A DNA stretch of 64,000 nucleotides from Candidatus Pacearchaeota archaeon UBA73 (lineage in GTDB: Archaea > Nanobdellota > Nanobdellia > Pacearchaeales > GW2011-AR1): NCBI GenBank assembly GCA_002496015.1, contig DAIF01000006.1:7403-71402 (forward strand), written 5' to 3'. Below the pieces are notes generated by a model. That model was not told the DNA's origin and did not search any database. It was given only the letters and a program-made list of their open reading frames with translations. Both the position numbers and the translations under genes were made by a program. This document shows, piece after piece, positions 62,858 through 64,000 of the stretch. How positions within the stretch are numbered: position 1 is the stretch's first letter; each line of letters starts with the position of its first letter.

Positions 62858-63673
62858 ATGCCAGGAAAGAAAAAGCAAAAAAAGGAGAAGAGCGAAGAGC
62901 GAAATTTATTCCTGAGTGTATTGTGGTTTATAATCCGGATTCCGTATTTTATTGTCAAGGGTATTATCTGGCTTGTCAGGCGGTTTAGGCGGGAGAGGCA
63001 GGAGAAAATTGTCGAGGAGGTGCGAGAGGCGAGAGGGGCGAAGTACGAGGATTTTGTGGTTCTTGAAAGCGAGGCTGGAAGCTTGTTCGACTGGGAAAAG
63101 AAAATTCAGACTAAGAATAAGATTGGGATTATTCTTGGCTCCAGAGGGTCTGGGAAGACAGCGTTTGGGGTTAAGTTAATGGAAAATATTTACGCGAAGA
63201 CAAAGAAGAAATGCTTTGCAATGGGATTCAAGAGCGAGGATTTACCTTCTTGGATTACTGCTGTTGCGAACATAAATGAGATTCATAATGATTCAATCGT
63301 TTTAGTGGATGAAGGGGGTATTTTCTTTAGTTCGAGGGATTCTATGTCGATTGCAAATAAGCTTCTTTCGGATTTGATTTTTATTTCAAGGCACAAGAAT
63401 TTGACAATTCTTTTTATCTCACAGAATTCTTCTAATTTGGATGTGAATATTATCCGGCAGGCAGACTTTTTGGTGCTGAAGCCTTCGTCTTTACTGCAGA
63501 AGGATTTTGAAAGAAAGATAATCAGAAATCTTTATGTTGAGCTTGAATCCAAGTTTAAGAAATATAAACTGAAGAACGGACTAACTTATATCTATTCAGA
63601 TGATTTTAGAGGATTTGTGACGAATCCTTTGCCGTCGTTTTGGTCGCAGAAGCTAAGCACGAGTTTTAGGTAA
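62858..63673 (+). CDS. membrane-anchored P-loop NTPase (Zot/KaiC-like small ATPase)
   Basis: N-terminal TM, Walker A GSRGSGKT, Walker B IVLVDEGG. Confidence 0.5.
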   Translation: MPGKKKQKKEKSEERNLFLSVLWFIIRIPYFIVKGIIWLVRRFRRERQEKIVEEVREARGAKYEDFVVLESEAGSLFDWEKKIQTKNKIGIILGSRGSGKTAFGVKLMENIYAKTKKKCFAMGFKSEDLPSWITAVANINEIHNDSIVLVDEGGIFFSSRDSMSIANKLLSDLIFISRHKNLTILFISQNSSNLDVNIIRQADFLVLKPSSLLQKDFERKIIRNLYVELESKFKKYKLKNGLTYIYSDDFRGFVTNPLPSFWSQKLSTSFR

Positions 63674-64000
63674 TTATTCTCTGAGAATTACTACATTTGT
63701 CATTCCTCTGCGTTTTCTTTCTATTAATTCGCGGTTTTCAAGCCGGTCGAGAATTCTTGACATTTTAGCTTTGCCGAAGCCGAGTTTATCTGTTAGGTCT
63801 GCTTGGAAGATTGTTTTTGATTCTCGTATAAGGTCGAAGACCTGTTTGTCTTCTTTTCTTAATCCTTCTACGTTAAATTGTTTTTTAGGGATTTTTTCTT
63901 TTATTCTTTTGACGATTATTTTTTCCTTTGGTTTTGTTGTTATGAGAACTACCGAGGCGATGATTAGAATAGCGACGATTCCGAACGAGAGATAGGTTTG
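63674..64000 (-). CDS. membrane-anchored winged-helix (MarR/TrmB-like) regulator, 5'-truncated by the window end
   Basis: Minus-strand frame is open from 64000 to the stop at 63674-63676. It encodes ...IVAILIIASVVLITT (TM) then ...ADLTDKLGFGKAKMSRILDRLENRELIERKRRG (wHTH). Confidence 0.45.
   Translation of the reverse strand, partial: QTYLSFGIVAILIIASVVLITTKPKEKIIVKRIKEKIPKKQFNVEGLRKEDKQVFDLIRESKTIFQADLTDKLGFGKAKMSRILDRLENRELIERKRRGMTNVVILRE

Overview
This 64-kb window reads as a chromosomal segment of a small-genome archaeon, and the gene content suggests a DPANN-like lineage; that lineage assignment is inference. Support comes from archaeal/eukaryotic-type TyrRS and GlyRS, TFE-alpha, RpoL, RadB, a Hef/XPF pair, an ATP-dependent DNA ligase, class-III-signal-peptide pilins and Shine-Dalgarno-like GGAGG motifs. 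Genes are densely packed on both strands. Housekeeping loci include PiT with a PhoU-like partner, TyrRS, PurB, myo-inositol-1-phosphate synthase, a rhomboid protease, ScpB, MinD, GlyRS, a ZIP transporter, DNA ligase and acetyl-CoA synthetase. There is a hydrogenase cluster: hypA, hypC, a second HypC-like ORF, and three group-3-like [NiFe] subunits (gamma, delta, alpha). The maturation protease hycI lies 40 kb away. Three tRNAs were found by eye: Arg-TCT and Ala-GGC on the minus strand, Cys-GCA on the plus strand. There is no rRNA and no CRISPR array. Two things stand out. First, a ~23-kb surface-appendage island at 25.5-48.6 kb carries a FlaJ/TadC-like platform protein and a translationally coupled array of about 11 pilin-like genes that all start MKNKK(A/G). 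It also carries a prepilin peptidase, a vWA-domain pilin operon, a candidate major pilin with a strong RBS, and a large Ig-like surface protein. Second, a family of non-coding MITE-like elements is bounded by the inverted repeat GGCTCTGTTGAAAA...TTTTCAACAGAGCC. At least 7 copies, with two core subtypes plus degenerate and composite forms, sit in intergenic regions, one of them inside the hydrogenase cluster. I saw no transposase, so they look non-autonomous. Other oddities include two tandem hairpin repeats that duplicate the first 14 nt of tRNA-Cys, and a Hef helicase and nuclease split by a small membrane-protein gene. There is also an apparently frameshifted SnoaL-like gene between the hydrogenase subunits, a degraded nitroreductase pseudogene, a short TrxR-like flavoprotein paired with a ferredoxin, and a HepT/MntA toxin-antitoxin pair. 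Coordinates I derived by hand from the printed sequence may be off by 1-2 nt.
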